DNA from: Candidatus Altimarinota bacterium | GTDB lineage: Bacteria > Patescibacteriota > Gracilibacteria > UBA1369 | Assembly: GCA_963677745.1 (NCBI GenBank) | Contig: OY782391.1 | Coordinates: 704,001-768,000, forward strand | Length of the DNA stretch: 64,000 bases | Direction: 5' to 3' | Shown: in pieces, positions 39,823-50,300 of the stretch | How the letters are laid out: each line of letters starts with the position of its first letter | Numbering within the stretch: the stretch's first letter is position 1 | The notes under the pieces: generated by a model | Told to the model about the DNA's origin: nothing | The model's database searches: none | What the model saw: the letters and a program-made list of their open reading frames with translations, nothing else | Program-made: the position numbers and the translations under genes

Positions 39823-39870
39823 CCACATTATCTGGTGGAGGCGGCTACGAATCAATACTAGATATAGTAT
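39823..39870. promoter_or_regulatory. Tandem NrdR boxes
   Basis: CCACATTATCTGGTGG (39823-39838) and ATACTAGATATAGTAT (39855-39870), 32 bp start to start, upstream of nrdD. Confidence 0.85.
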
Positions 39871-40001
39871 TTCCTTTTGACCAAAGAGGTGAAATTATTT
39901 CTACCATTAATTGGAGGCAAGGAAAGGGCTTAGGGTAGCGAACAAAAAATTAGAGCAAGGTTTGACGGTTTGGGAAGATTCTTGGGCGGTGGGATTTTTC
40001 T

Positions 40002-40823
40002 TCACAAACAAGAGATTTGTTTTGTGATTGCCGGAAAATTTGGGTAGTCATCCAGCAGTTGCCTTGACCTGATTGCATGTTTTAAAACTTTTGAGGAGAA
40101 GATTTGGGACTCCGTATTTTGATAAGGGGTGGAACCGTCTCCAATGGAAATTAAGGGAGGATAGTTTTCCTGGCAAACTGCAGACACCAAACTTTCAGTG
40201 GTGGGAAATTCAAAACTGCAGGGGTATGGTTCTTCTCCGGCCAGGGCGTTGAAAAGATTGTATCTCTCCACCACGATTAAGTCATAAGCATCTCCCGTAG
40301 AGGTTAGTTCTGCTATCTTTTTGGCCATTTTCCCAAAGGTGTCGACTTTTGTTTTGTCTCCTTGGGTGTCCCAGGACGGTCCATCAATAGCCTCGCCGGA
40401 TGGTGAAATCAGCGTCGCGTCAGCACCGAGAGAAACTAACTGAGCGTGAAGATCATCCTCCGCAGAAACATCCAGAACCCTCATACCTTCTAAAACCCGC
40501 CTTTTTTGCAAAGTGGGAAAAGGCAGCACGATGCGATAACCGTCTCTTGTCTGTGGCGACAAAACCTTTTCCAGTCTCTGCCTAAGTATAAAGCTCATAG
40601 TTGTCAGCAAAAGAGAGTCTTCAAAGGACAACCAAATTTCTTCATCTTCCGGTACAGGTCGGTACAGATTATCCAGAACCGGATAGGAATCATCAAAAAA
40701 GACAAAACGGCACTGTCTGGGGTCATTGGCTTTCTCGGAAGCGGGCAACTCGGTTTCCTGATAGAGACTGCGAATTATCAGGTCCGTTGCTTCATCGTTT
40801 TCTTTTAATAAGCGTTTGGCCAT
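40002..40823 (-). CDS. Hypothetical protein (possible degenerate methyltransferase-like fold)
   Basis: 273-aa ORF; LEGMRVLDVSA and YDLIV segments. Confidence 0.6.
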   Translation of the reverse strand: MAKRLLKENDEATDLIIRSLYQETELPASEKANDPRQCRFVFFDDSYPVLDNLYRPVPEDEEIWLSFEDSLLLTTMSFILRQRLEKVLSPQTRDGYRIVLPFPTLQKRRVLEGMRVLDVSAEDDLHAQLVSLGADATLISPSGEAIDGPSWDTQGDKTKVDTFGKMAKKIAELTSTGDAYDLIVVERYNLFNALAGEEPYPCSFEFPTTESLVSAVCQENYPPLISIGDGSTPYQNTESQIFSSKVLKHAIRSRQLLDDYPNFPAITKQISCL

Positions 40824-40831
40824 TTGAAAAT

Positions 40832-42715
40832 CTATATTACAGCCATATACTTAGAATATATTTCTTCAGCTGTCAATTGACGGCCGGACCATTTTAAAAT
40901 TTTAGCGTCCATAAAGATGCCGGTTTTTGCTGTGATATATTCGCACATTTGCGCTTGTTGATTCATTTCCACGCCGATTTTCCATTTACACCGGCTTAAG
41001 ATCTTCTTTACCTCCCTGCCGTGGAAAGGGACAAAGTAGGTGATTGGCAGCAGATTGGCTTTTACGCCGTCTTTTTTGAGCATCTGCAGCACTTCCAGCA
41101 AAGCATCTTTGGGCGACCCCCAGGTCACAAAAGTCACATCCGCTTTCTCTGCCGGATAGGCGGGACCAGCTGTAAACGATCCGTCCCTGGCCGGACCGAT
41201 CAGCTTGGGGGCCGGCAAGTCTTTCAGACAGGATTCCAGTTTTTTTAGCCGTTTGGCATGCATGGCAATGCGGTTTTCTTCAGTCTCGGTCAAATCTCCG
41301 CTCTCGTCATGTTCATCGCTGGAGGAGCGGTAACGTCCCCCTTTTGTTCCAGGCAGCAGGCGGGGCGAAACTTCGTCGTCGGTAAATTTATAACGCAAAA
41401 ATCCGCCGTCAGGCGATTGGTGTCCCAGTTTTTTAAGTGCTGCCACTCTGGCCGGATCCCGTATCAGTTTTCCCCGGTCGATTTTCAGTTCTTTTGTAAC
41501 GAATGGCCTGATATTTTTAATGCTTTCCGAAAGGTGTTTATCGCCCAGAATTATTGCGGGCATCTGGTATTTTTCCGCCAGATTAAAGGCTTCAAAAGTT
41601 TTGTAAAACAGCTCGTCAAAATCCCCCGGTGCCACTACCAGTCTGGGAAATTCCCCCTGCGAAGCATGAATCACAAATTGCAGATCGCTCTGTTCGGTGC
41701 GGGTCGGGAGTCCGGTGGAAGGTCCTCCGCGCTGTGCCTCATAAATCACCACCGGTGTTTCAGTCATGCCGGCAAAACCCAGGGCTTCGGACATCAGTGA
41801 AAACCCGCCGCCCGAGGTGGCGGCCATGCTTCTGGCGCCGGCCCAGCCGGCGCCGATGGCCATATTTATGGCGGCCAGCTCGTCCTCCGGTTGTTTGACA
41901 ATAATATTATAATCCCTGGCGGCCTTGGCCATAAAATGCAGCACCGAAGAAGCCGGAGTCATCGGATATTCAGCCACCAGTTTCACGCCGGCCCTGATCG
42001 CTCCCAGACAAACGGCATCGTTTCCTGTCAGCAGCAGGCGGCGCGGCTGTCCATTTACCGGGCGCAGGCCAAAACCAAAAGTGGTCACATCAAAATTTTC
42101 AACTACATAATTATAGCCCGCCCGCGCCGCCGCCAGATTCTTCTCCACCGTCTCCGTACCTTTCCTGGCAAAGTTCTCTTTTAAAACTTTTAATAATAGT
42201 TGTACCGGCAGTCCCAGCAATGCCAAGACGGCTCCTAGTCCAACTACGTTTCTGGCTGTGGACAGGCCTGCTTTTTCAGCCAGTCTGCTCAAGGGCACAT
42301 CAAAAATCAGACGGCCGTTACCGGCAGTCCCAATCCCCTTTTTCCACCCGCCCGGGAATTTATAATCGGGTGTTTCTGCGCCGTCATAAATGACGGCGCC
42401 CCCCTGGGCGATTTCCCTCAGATGCAAATCCAAAGTCTCCGCATTAAGAGCCAACAGTAAATCAACCTTATCCTTGTGTATGGAAACTTCAAAATCGGCA
42501 ACTCTGATCACGTTGGAATTATGTCCGCCGCGAATCAGTGAAGGATATTCAGCGTTACCGAATACCGAAAGTCCCGCCCGCGAACAGAGCAGTGCCATCA
42601 GGTGTCCGGCGCTCTGAATTCCGCTTCCGGCCTCCCCGCCGACCATCCAGTTCAAATCATTGATTTTTTTCCGGGCAACCGTTTTTCCACCGGTTCCGGG
42701 GGCCGCTTCTTTCAT
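40832..42715 (-). CDS. korA: 2-oxoacid:ferredoxin oxidoreductase alpha subunit (gamma-alpha fusion)
   Basis: GGEAGSGI, YPSLIRGGH, YPMTPAS, EDELAA, TSGGGFSLM, QRGGPSTGLPT. Confidence 0.93.
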   Translation of the reverse strand: MKEAAPGTGGKTVARKKINDLNWMVGGEAGSGIQSAGHLMALLCSRAGLSVFGNAEYPSLIRGGHNSNVIRVADFEVSIHKDKVDLLLALNAETLDLHLREIAQGGAVIYDGAETPDYKFPGGWKKGIGTAGNGRLIFDVPLSRLAEKAGLSTARNVVGLGAVLALLGLPVQLLLKVLKENFARKGTETVEKNLAAARAGYNYVVENFDVTTFGFGLRPVNGQPRRLLLTGNDAVCLGAIRAGVKLVAEYPMTPASSVLHFMAKAARDYNIIVKQPEDELAAINMAIGAGWAGARSMAATSGGGFSLMSEALGFAGMTETPVVIYEAQRGGPSTGLPTRTEQSDLQFVIHASQGEFPRLVVAPGDFDELFYKTFEAFNLAEKYQMPAIILGDKHLSESIKNIRPFVTKELKIDRGKLIRDPARVAALKKLGHQSPDGGFLRYKFTDDEVSPRLLPGTKGGRYRSSSDEHDESGDLTETEENRIAMHAKRLKKLESCLKDLPAPKLIGPARDGSFTAGPAYPAEKADVTFVTWGSPKDALLEVLQMLKKDGVKANLLPITYFVPFHGREVKKILSRCKWKIGVEMNQQAQMCEYITAKTGIFMDAKILKWSGRQLTAEEIYSKYMAVI

Positions 42716-42741
42716 GTCCGGACTGATTATTCTAAAACTGT

Positions 42742-43188
42742 TTATTTCAAAACTTCTCCGACCAGCCGGTTGATCATCCCGCCATCGGCTTTCCCTTTAA
42801 GCTTGCCCATTACCAGTCCCATGGCTTTTCCCATGTCGGCTTTGCCGGAAATTCCGGCGGCGGCCAAGGTCTCCGTGACCACGGCTCTCACCTCTTCTTC
42901 CGTCATTTGGGCCGGCAGATAGGCCATCAATACTTTCATCTCGGCCTCTTCTTTGGCCGCCATATCTTCCTTTCCACCGCTTCTGAATCCTTCGGCTCCG
43001 TCTTTTCTTTGTTTAACCTCTTTCTGGATCAGAGTTAGCACGGCCTCATCGGTCGCTTCTTTCTTTTCACCGTCCACTTCCCATTTCAGGATTGCCGCCT
43101 TCAACATGGACAAAGTGCTTTTTTTAACCTCATCCCTGGCTTTCATGGCCTCAATAAAATCCTGCTGAATTTTTTCTTTTAATGTCAT
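42742..43188 (-). CDS. GatB/YqeY domain protein
   Basis: AMKARD, KEVKQRKD, YLPAQM, DMGKAMG, GKADG. Confidence 0.93.
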   Translation of the reverse strand: MTLKEKIQQDFIEAMKARDEVKKSTLSMLKAAILKWEVDGEKKEATDEAVLTLIQKEVKQRKDGAEGFRSGGKEDMAAKEEAEMKVLMAYLPAQMTEEEVRAVVTETLAAAGISGKADMGKAMGLVMGKLKGKADGGMINRLVGEVLK

Positions 43189-43271
43189 AGTCGGTTAATA
43201 AAGGAATCTGCAAAATCTCCGCACTGCAGTCTAACCGAATCTTGCCTTACTGTAAAATTATCGGACGGAGC

Positions 43272-45239
43272 TTAGGCGGTCTGTAAAATTTCCTGTTCCA
43301 GAATCCTGTGGAAATTCTTATTCAAAGTCACCTCTTTTTGCCTGCCCTCCCCTTTCATCCCGGCTATGCCGATGAATCCATACCGTTTCATAAGTCCCTC
43401 AATTTTTGCCCGGTCGGCGCCCGGGTAAAGGGCTGCAATCTTATCTGCGGTCATTGGTAGAATGGCGGCATGTTCCTGCTTACTGGTTAGTCCGGCGTCT
43501 AGTTGAAGTTGCAGCGTGCGGGTTTTTCGGAAAAGTTCTTTTTCGGCAATACGCAGGTCCTGATCGGCGATTATTTTATCCCAGCCGGTTTCCAGTTGGC
43601 TGAGTCTGTTGCTATCAGATTCTTTCCGGTCCAGGTTGGAAACACCCAAGGGCAAATCATTCTGCATTTGAGTCTGTCCGGTTTCACCACGGCCTTTGTC
43701 CTGATCCGCGGCCGGAACGGGTTTTTCACGATCCTGTACTTTTTTATCGGTTCCAACATCGGAACTGACCGGCACCCGCTCAGGTGTTTTGTGGGACGAA
43801 TTTTCCGACAGTGCCGCCTGGGCGGACTTGCCTTCCAGAATTCCAAAGACGGCTTCCAGAATTACATGGTAGCTGCCGTTATTTTTTCGGAGTATCAGGG
43901 TATCCCCGGGCCGCTTGGCCTGGAACATATTTCCATTCACATAATCCCTGGACCGGGCATTGGAGCTGTCGCTCTGATCCAGTCCCAGCTCAGCACTGTC
44001 CGCAAAAATCCTCTCCGCCAGCCGGTACTCCTGCGGGAATTTTTCCTTGGTCAGATAAGTAGGCAGTCTGCCGCTTTGTTTCTCAGCCAGGGCTGTCCTG
44101 TACAGATTCTTCAGTTTTGAATCCTTCAGGCTTTCCGCCACTTTGGCGGGAGTTCCGAAATGTTCATTAAAGTAGACGCTGATACCCAGATTGATTGATT
44201 TTTGTAGTTGATTCAGTTCCAAAATTTGTGCATTGGTGGCGAGTCCCCGAAAAGGGGCAATCATGGTGTCGGTTACAGTGTTGCCGTTCAGTCTGGCTTC
44301 CCCTTGATGGATTATTTCCTGTACCAGCGGGCTGCGGGAATTTTCCAGTACGGAAGCGAAATGTCTCGCTTCAAAACTGCTGGGCGCCGGTTTTTCAGCC
44401 TTAATTTCAGGCACAACCGTCTCCGGCACCTGAGGTGTTAAATTCAGGGAAAAAGCGGTCGGGGCGACACTCGCCGACGGCGCAATATTAACAGTAGGTT
44501 TATTTTCGGGAAGCTGTACGCTGCTGGTATTGACGGAATTTAATGTGTCGTCTGTGGATTGGTTAATGATCAGTCCGGCAGTTCCGGCTGCAGCAGTAAC
44601 ACTGGCGGCCACGGCCGCTCCTCTCCAGTGTCTTTTGAAAAATCCGACAGCGGAATCAATTGCCTTCCCGATTTTCTCTTTAGCTTTATCCATCCAGGAC
44701 TTTTCCGGCAGAGACTCATTTATTATTACCCTGGGTATCTCGGGAAGATTTGAAACAGCCTTCCTGAAGTTTTCCGTCACAGGAACTTCCCGGCTGGGCG
44801 GGGCTGACAACTTGACCGGTTTTTCAGGTTCGGATGGTTTGATTGAAGCAGTGGGGACATCCGCCTGCTCATCTTGAGCTCTAATTGAGGCGGACAAATT
44901 GGAAACTTCCTGTCGAACCGGTTTAATTTCCTTGAAAGCCATATCCACAATTTCGTCCGGGTTGTCAAAAAGTTGGCGTAAATCCGGCAGACGGCTTGGT
45001 TTTGCCAAAACGCTCAATTCGCCGGAGATCCTTTCGGCGTTCTGTCTGGCTTCTTCTTCCTGCTGTTTCGAAACAGCAATAATCCCCGGTAACGGCAGGC
45101 CGGGGGGAAGCGTGGCTGGTTGTGAGGGCACCTGTGGGACAGATGTTCTCGGCATCAAAGGTTCAACTACCTGGCCCGGGGTTTTCTTCCCGTAATAGGG
45201 CAGAGTCTTCACATTCCCGGACTTATTGTTATTATCCAT
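43272..45239 (-). CDS. Hypothetical protein with Pro-rich N-terminus and one central hydrophobic helix
   Basis: 655-aa ORF; KRHWRGAAVAASVTAAAGTAGLII segment. Confidence 0.7.
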   Translation of the reverse strand: MDNNNKSGNVKTLPYYGKKTPGQVVEPLMPRTSVPQVPSQPATLPPGLPLPGIIAVSKQQEEEARQNAERISGELSVLAKPSRLPDLRQLFDNPDEIVDMAFKEIKPVRQEVSNLSASIRAQDEQADVPTASIKPSEPEKPVKLSAPPSREVPVTENFRKAVSNLPEIPRVIINESLPEKSWMDKAKEKIGKAIDSAVGFFKRHWRGAAVAASVTAAAGTAGLIINQSTDDTLNSVNTSSVQLPENKPTVNIAPSASVAPTAFSLNLTPQVPETVVPEIKAEKPAPSSFEARHFASVLENSRSPLVQEIIHQGEARLNGNTVTDTMIAPFRGLATNAQILELNQLQKSINLGISVYFNEHFGTPAKVAESLKDSKLKNLYRTALAEKQSGRLPTYLTKEKFPQEYRLAERIFADSAELGLDQSDSSNARSRDYVNGNMFQAKRPGDTLILRKNNGSYHVILEAVFGILEGKSAQAALSENSSHKTPERVPVSSDVGTDKKVQDREKPVPAADQDKGRGETGQTQMQNDLPLGVSNLDRKESDSNRLSQLETGWDKIIADQDLRIAEKELFRKTRTLQLQLDAGLTSKQEHAAILPMTADKIAALYPGADRAKIEGLMKRYGFIGIAGMKGEGRQKEVTLNKNFHRILEQEILQTA

Positions 45240-45414
45240 ACGGTAAAACCAAACAAATTCAAATGGTATTAAACACTAAACTTGCGAAAAAATCAAGTAT
45301 ATTCAATAAAAAGCAAGTTAAACAGCTGAATATTTCAGATTATTTACAAAAACCCTGCCATAACTGGCGAGAGTTTTTGTGTAATCAAAAGAAATCTGCC
45401 GTTTAGCCGGAGGC

Positions 45415-45708
45415 TTACGGGGTTTTTACATCGTCAACTGCCTTTGCGGCTGCATCTGCTGCGGCCGGAGTAGTGGTGTTGGCTTCAGTGACGGTTACGG
45501 CTCCATCCACGCTTCCTGTTGTAGCAGGCATAATGCTGATAGATCCATTTACCTCTTTTTGGTCAGGTTGAACAATCGTGATTTCACTCGGAGTGGTTGC
45601 TGTCTTTGGAGTGGTTGTAGTTACAGGTGTAACTGGTTTTTGGCATCCGGCTACTACTAGGCCAGTGCAGAGTGCTGCCAGAAGCAGACTTGCGTGCGTT
45701 TTATTCAT
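45415..45708 (-). CDS. Small Thr-rich lipoprotein
   Basis: Lipobox VAGC. Confidence 0.7.
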   Translation of the reverse strand: MNKTHASLLLAALCTGLVVAGCQKPVTPVTTTTPKTATTPSEITIVQPDQKEVNGSISIMPATTGSVDGAVTVTEANTTTPAAADAAAKAVDDVKTP

Positions 45709-45851
45709 AGAAAATTTTTGTTTAGGATTTAAACACCATAATTGTATTTATCTTTGACAAAATGGCAAATATTCTTTTTAGCCAGATCAAAAAAGAATGT
45801 TTTAATCAATAATTTCGGCCTATAATAATATAGTTTTAATCCTCAACGATT

Positions 45852-46645
45852 ATGATCAGACATGCTGCGGTGGCCGGCTCTTTTTATCCCAAAAACTCCC
45901 GGCAGCTGGAAAATGCCCTCGATCGTGTTCTGAAAACTGCCGAGCCAAAGTCTCTGACCAATCTCAAGGGCCTGATTGTGCCCCATGCCGGCTATGTCTA
46001 TTCAGCCCTGGTGGCCGCCCAGGCTTATCGTCAGTTGCTTGAACTTCCCCGCCAGCCATACAATGTCTTTTTGATCGGACCCGCGCATCATGTTTCCACC
46101 AGCGTTTCCATCGGCATGTTTGAAGCCTTCGAAACCCCTTTGGGCCGGGTGGAAGTAAATCGGGAAATCTGCCAAAAACTGCTTTCCCAAAACACCTGGC
46201 TGACCTCTGACCCCACACCCCACCTACCCGAGCACAGTCTGGAGGTACAGTTGCCTTTCCTGCAAAAAACCCTCAATAACTTCCGTATTATCCCGATCTT
46301 AGTGGGCGATGCCAGAGCCGGCGACATAGCGGCAATTTTAGCTCCCTATTTCCTGCAGCCAGATTCCCTGTTTGTGTTTTCTTCCGATCTTTCCCATTAT
46401 CATCCCTATCGGAGGCCTGCGACATTGACCGGACAACCCTGGAAGTTATTCGGGCAATGGACTTGAATATGGCCCCCCGGATGGAAGCCTGCGGCGATAC
46501 CGGCCTTACAGTTGCCATGGCCTTGGCCGCCAAATTCGATTATCAGATTGAATTGCTGGATTACCGGAACTCCGGCGATACCGCCGGCGACAAAAATTCC
46601 GTGGTCGGGTACGCGGCGCTTGCCATCGTCAAATCACCAAAATAA
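45852..46645 (+). pseudogene. amrB: AmmeMemoRadiSam protein B (MEMO1 family), frameshifted near 46411
   Basis: AVAGSFYP, PHAGYVYS, EHSLEVQLPF, SSDLSHY; continues in another frame as EACDIDRTTL...EACG...YRNSGD...VVGY. Confidence 0.85.
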
Positions 46646-46647
46646 AC

Positions 46648-47202
46648 ATGTATACCACCAAACAAAAAAATTTCCTGCTCCGGCTCGCCCGCCAGTCCAT
46701 CGCCAACTACCAAACTCACGGCCAGCTGCTGACCTTGTCAGATTCTCCCGTTGACCCCCTCTTGAAAGAAATACGCGCGGTCTTTGTTACCCTTACCATC
46801 GATGGTCAATTACGCGGTTGTGTGGGACACCTGAAAGCTGTTCAACCCCTCTATCAGGATGTCATTGAAAATGCCGCACGTGCCGCCTTCAACGATTCCC
46901 GCTTTTCCCCGCTGGAAGAAAAGGAATTACAGCAAATCAACATCGAAATTTCCGTGCTCACTGTTCCCCAAAAACTTTCTTACTCTAGCCGGGACGACCT
47001 GTTGACTAAACTCCACCCCCCTACAGACGGCGTCATCCTCAAAAAAGGCTGCTACGAAGCCACTTACCTGCCCCAGGTCTGGGAGGAGCTTCCCTCTAAA
47101 GAAGGCTTTCTCTCCAGCCTCTGCCAGAAAGCCGGCCTCCCGCCCGCTGAATGGGAGCAAGGCCAGCTGGAAGTTTTCGTTTATAAGGTAGAAAAGTTAT
47201 AG
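46648..47202 (+). CDS. amrA: AmmeMemoRadiSam protein A (AMMECR1 family)
   Basis: FVTL...LRGCVG, AAFNDSRF, EISVLT, TYLPQVW, LCQKAG. Confidence 0.93.
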   Translation: MYTTKQKNFLLRLARQSIANYQTHGQLLTLSDSPVDPLLKEIRAVFVTLTIDGQLRGCVGHLKAVQPLYQDVIENAARAAFNDSRFSPLEEKELQQINIEISVLTVPQKLSYSSRDDLLTKLHPPTDGVILKKGCYEATYLPQVWEELPSKEGFLSSLCQKAGLPPAEWEQGQLEVFVYKVEKL

Positions 47203-47383
47203 CAATCAGTTTCTTTTCAGGTTTTTTCATTTCTCAATTCTCTCCGCCTTTACACGGCAGTTTATGTAGACCAATAGTGAAGAAGACCTGAGGCCAAAAT
47301 ACCTTCTATAAAGCGGAGATCTGTTGTTTCTATTTGCCCCCAAAAATGCTAAAATAATAAGATTATTATTTTTAACAGCGGTC

Positions 47384-50300
47384 ATGGACGGGCGGAATTT
47401 ACAAAAAGCGCTGGAAGAAAAACTCCTGGCCGGAGAAATCCGGGAAGCTGAAAATCAGGAAACCGGGGTTACGGAACTGGAAACTCAGAGAGCCGAAACG
47501 CCGGAAGTCCAGGCGGAAAACGATCAGTTAAACCAGCTCCTTTCCGACACGACCAACAAAATTAATTTCACCAGAGATCATCTCAAAATATTTGAGCTGC
47601 TTTCCCCCGGGGAAAGGGATCAGCTGTATTTATCGATAGCTGCCACCGACAGCCTGCAGGTCAAAGATATTGATTGGGAGAAGCTTTTTCAGCATCCCGA
47701 CGCCCACGCTCTACTTAAGACTATCCTGGCTATACCCGGAAGATTGAGTCTGCAAAGCGAACAGGACATAAAGATGATCTTGAAACTCCATGATGAAATT
47801 GGTCCGGCCAAACTTAAAGCCACCTGGAAAAAACTTGGCGAACCGCTGCTGGAGCGATCGTTTGTGTCACAGATCGAATCCGACCGGAAGTCCTTTGACT
47901 GGTCCAGATTTTATCTTTATCTGGTAATCGGCAGTTTTGAAAAGTCCACACTTAATCAATTGGAACTGCTTAGTGAAGCTCAGTTGAAAAAAATTGAACT
48001 GGTTTTAAAGGTATACGGCAAAGCCGAGCTGGAAAAACAATGGACCCCGGAAAACCTTGAAGATTTTGAAGAGCTGGAACAAATGAACGGGAATTATCAG
48101 CGGGATAGGGAAGATTTGCTCTCTGCCACCCAATTTACCGAAAATCTTTCCCCGGAAGTTATTAGACATCTTCCCCAGGAAACGGGAGGCGGAAGCGGTA
48201 CCAGCAGTAGAAAGAGACCCGATCACACCATCTGGCATTTCCAGGGAATTCATGGGAAATACGACCAGCTGATTAGATTTCAGAGATGTCTCGGTGTCCT
48301 TCCCACGGAACGGCTTGACCGGATATTGTCTGTCTTGAAACCAAGTAAATATCCGGTGCGTGAACCGGCTGAAAATATTTCTCTGGGACAGGCCGATAAT
48401 TTTTTGCAATTTGTCCAAACGGCCCGGCTGGAAGGCCGGCTGAATCTGGAACAGCTGTTTGATAATGCGGTGTCTTTTTCTCCCGAAAAATATGTTCCCA
48501 TAAAAGGCTTTCTCGCTTTTTTGGAAAATCAACATCTCTCCAATTCAATCACTGAAATTAATTTTCCGTCCTTCCTGAAAATGATCGGCGAGTCCACTGC
48601 GCAGGAAATAGAACAAATCAAAACAGGTACTGTCAAATACTGCGAACTCGGTTTGGCCAAAATGATCAACTGGAAACAGAACTGGGGCGACTTGCTTAAA
48701 AAAGTTAGTTTGCCGGAGTCCGAGACAGCTAATCAACTGCTCAAAGACTGCGTTGAACATCATGAGCAATATGTAGGGAAAAGGTATAGCGGCGAAAGAA
48801 ACTTCTCTCTGCTGAATCGCGATGGGAGCTCAGTTCTTGGTCTTTATGAAGCCATAAGCCAGATTGAAGAATATTTTCGGGACGATCAGGAGTTGATGTT
48901 TAAAATTGGGGAACTGGGTGAAGATAAGATGGAGATTATCCGGCTGGTTTTAAACGGGCAATATAAAAAAAATGGCAGTAAAGAATATGATTTGCCGGTG
49001 TTGGAAGGACTATTGGTCCAAATGCCCGGCCGTCTTCAATATGTAAAACCGATCCTGGACAGGGCCAAGACCTTATCTTCCGAACAGAAAAGGAGTCTGT
49101 TTTTTTTAAGCTCCTATTTTCACTCTTTTTGGGGGCACTTAAATCAACAAAATCTTTCCATTCTGGAAACGTATATAAACAGCGGTAAGGCACGGCAAAT
49201 GGAAGAATTTTTGAAAAATTTCCCAATCAAGGGGTTCGGCCCCGAAACCATTGAGAAAATGGCGGACTCCGGAGGGCCGGCAACGCTTTTTGCCTATATC
49301 GACCCGAGGAAATACAAGCCGGAAATTTTAACAGCGATTATCGACAAACTGATTGCCTTCCATTCCGCGGGTATGGACAAAAGACTCTATGAAAACCCAA
49401 CTCAAAACGGAATAAATCCGGAAAATATTTCACTGGAAAACCTTCTTTCCGTTGATGTCGGGAAATTTGTCCGCATAGCCAATTTTCTGGCCAATTACAA
49501 CTGCACTGATCCTCTTTATTATCTCACTAATTTAAACTTTGACGAAAGTGAGGAAAAACTGATGCGTAGGATCAGACAGGCTTCGGCGACCGATTATTTC
49601 TGGAACTACAGGGAAACCGTGCTTGACGAAGAGGACCTGCTTGTGCTCGAGAAAGAACAACTGAAAAAACAGACGGAAATCAGGGAGAGGATTAGTTTTG
49701 CGGGAAAACTATTTGGGGCAAAACTGACGGGAGAAAAAATTAAAAACTTAGAAAGTTTGGCAGAAGCGGTCTGGCAAAGGCTCAAGTCCAATCAAAAAAT
49801 TCTGGAATTATTCATTGAGACTTCTGGCAGAATAAGTCTGCGCGAGGAGGCCCTGGCTCTTTCTGACGCAATGCTGACTGAACCGCTTGTCTGGCAATAT
49901 CATCTACTTGAACAAATTTTTGACGACGCACTCATGGAAAGTGCGCTTCAAATGATTCTTGAATGTAAAAAACAGGGCGTAGAAGATATTTTCAGGGAAG
50001 AAAACTCTCCCAGTCGTATTGATCTCCGTGGATTGACCGAGGTAGCCAAAGTTTGGGATGAAAACAGGGAATATCTGCAGGAGCCGGGTTTTCTGAAGAT
50101 ATTTGAAGGGCGCGGGGGTCTGCTTCGAGATTTTCTCAACATCAAAGACTCTTCAAAAAACAATTATCTTCCTCCCGCCCTGCGAAATAACGATCTGGAA
50201 CCGGATATGGATGAAAATCAGCAGCGGAAAATCTTGCCCTGGCTGCAGCACTTTGATGTCGAGAACGGCTGGGACTGGAAAGCCTTTATAAAGTGGATAG

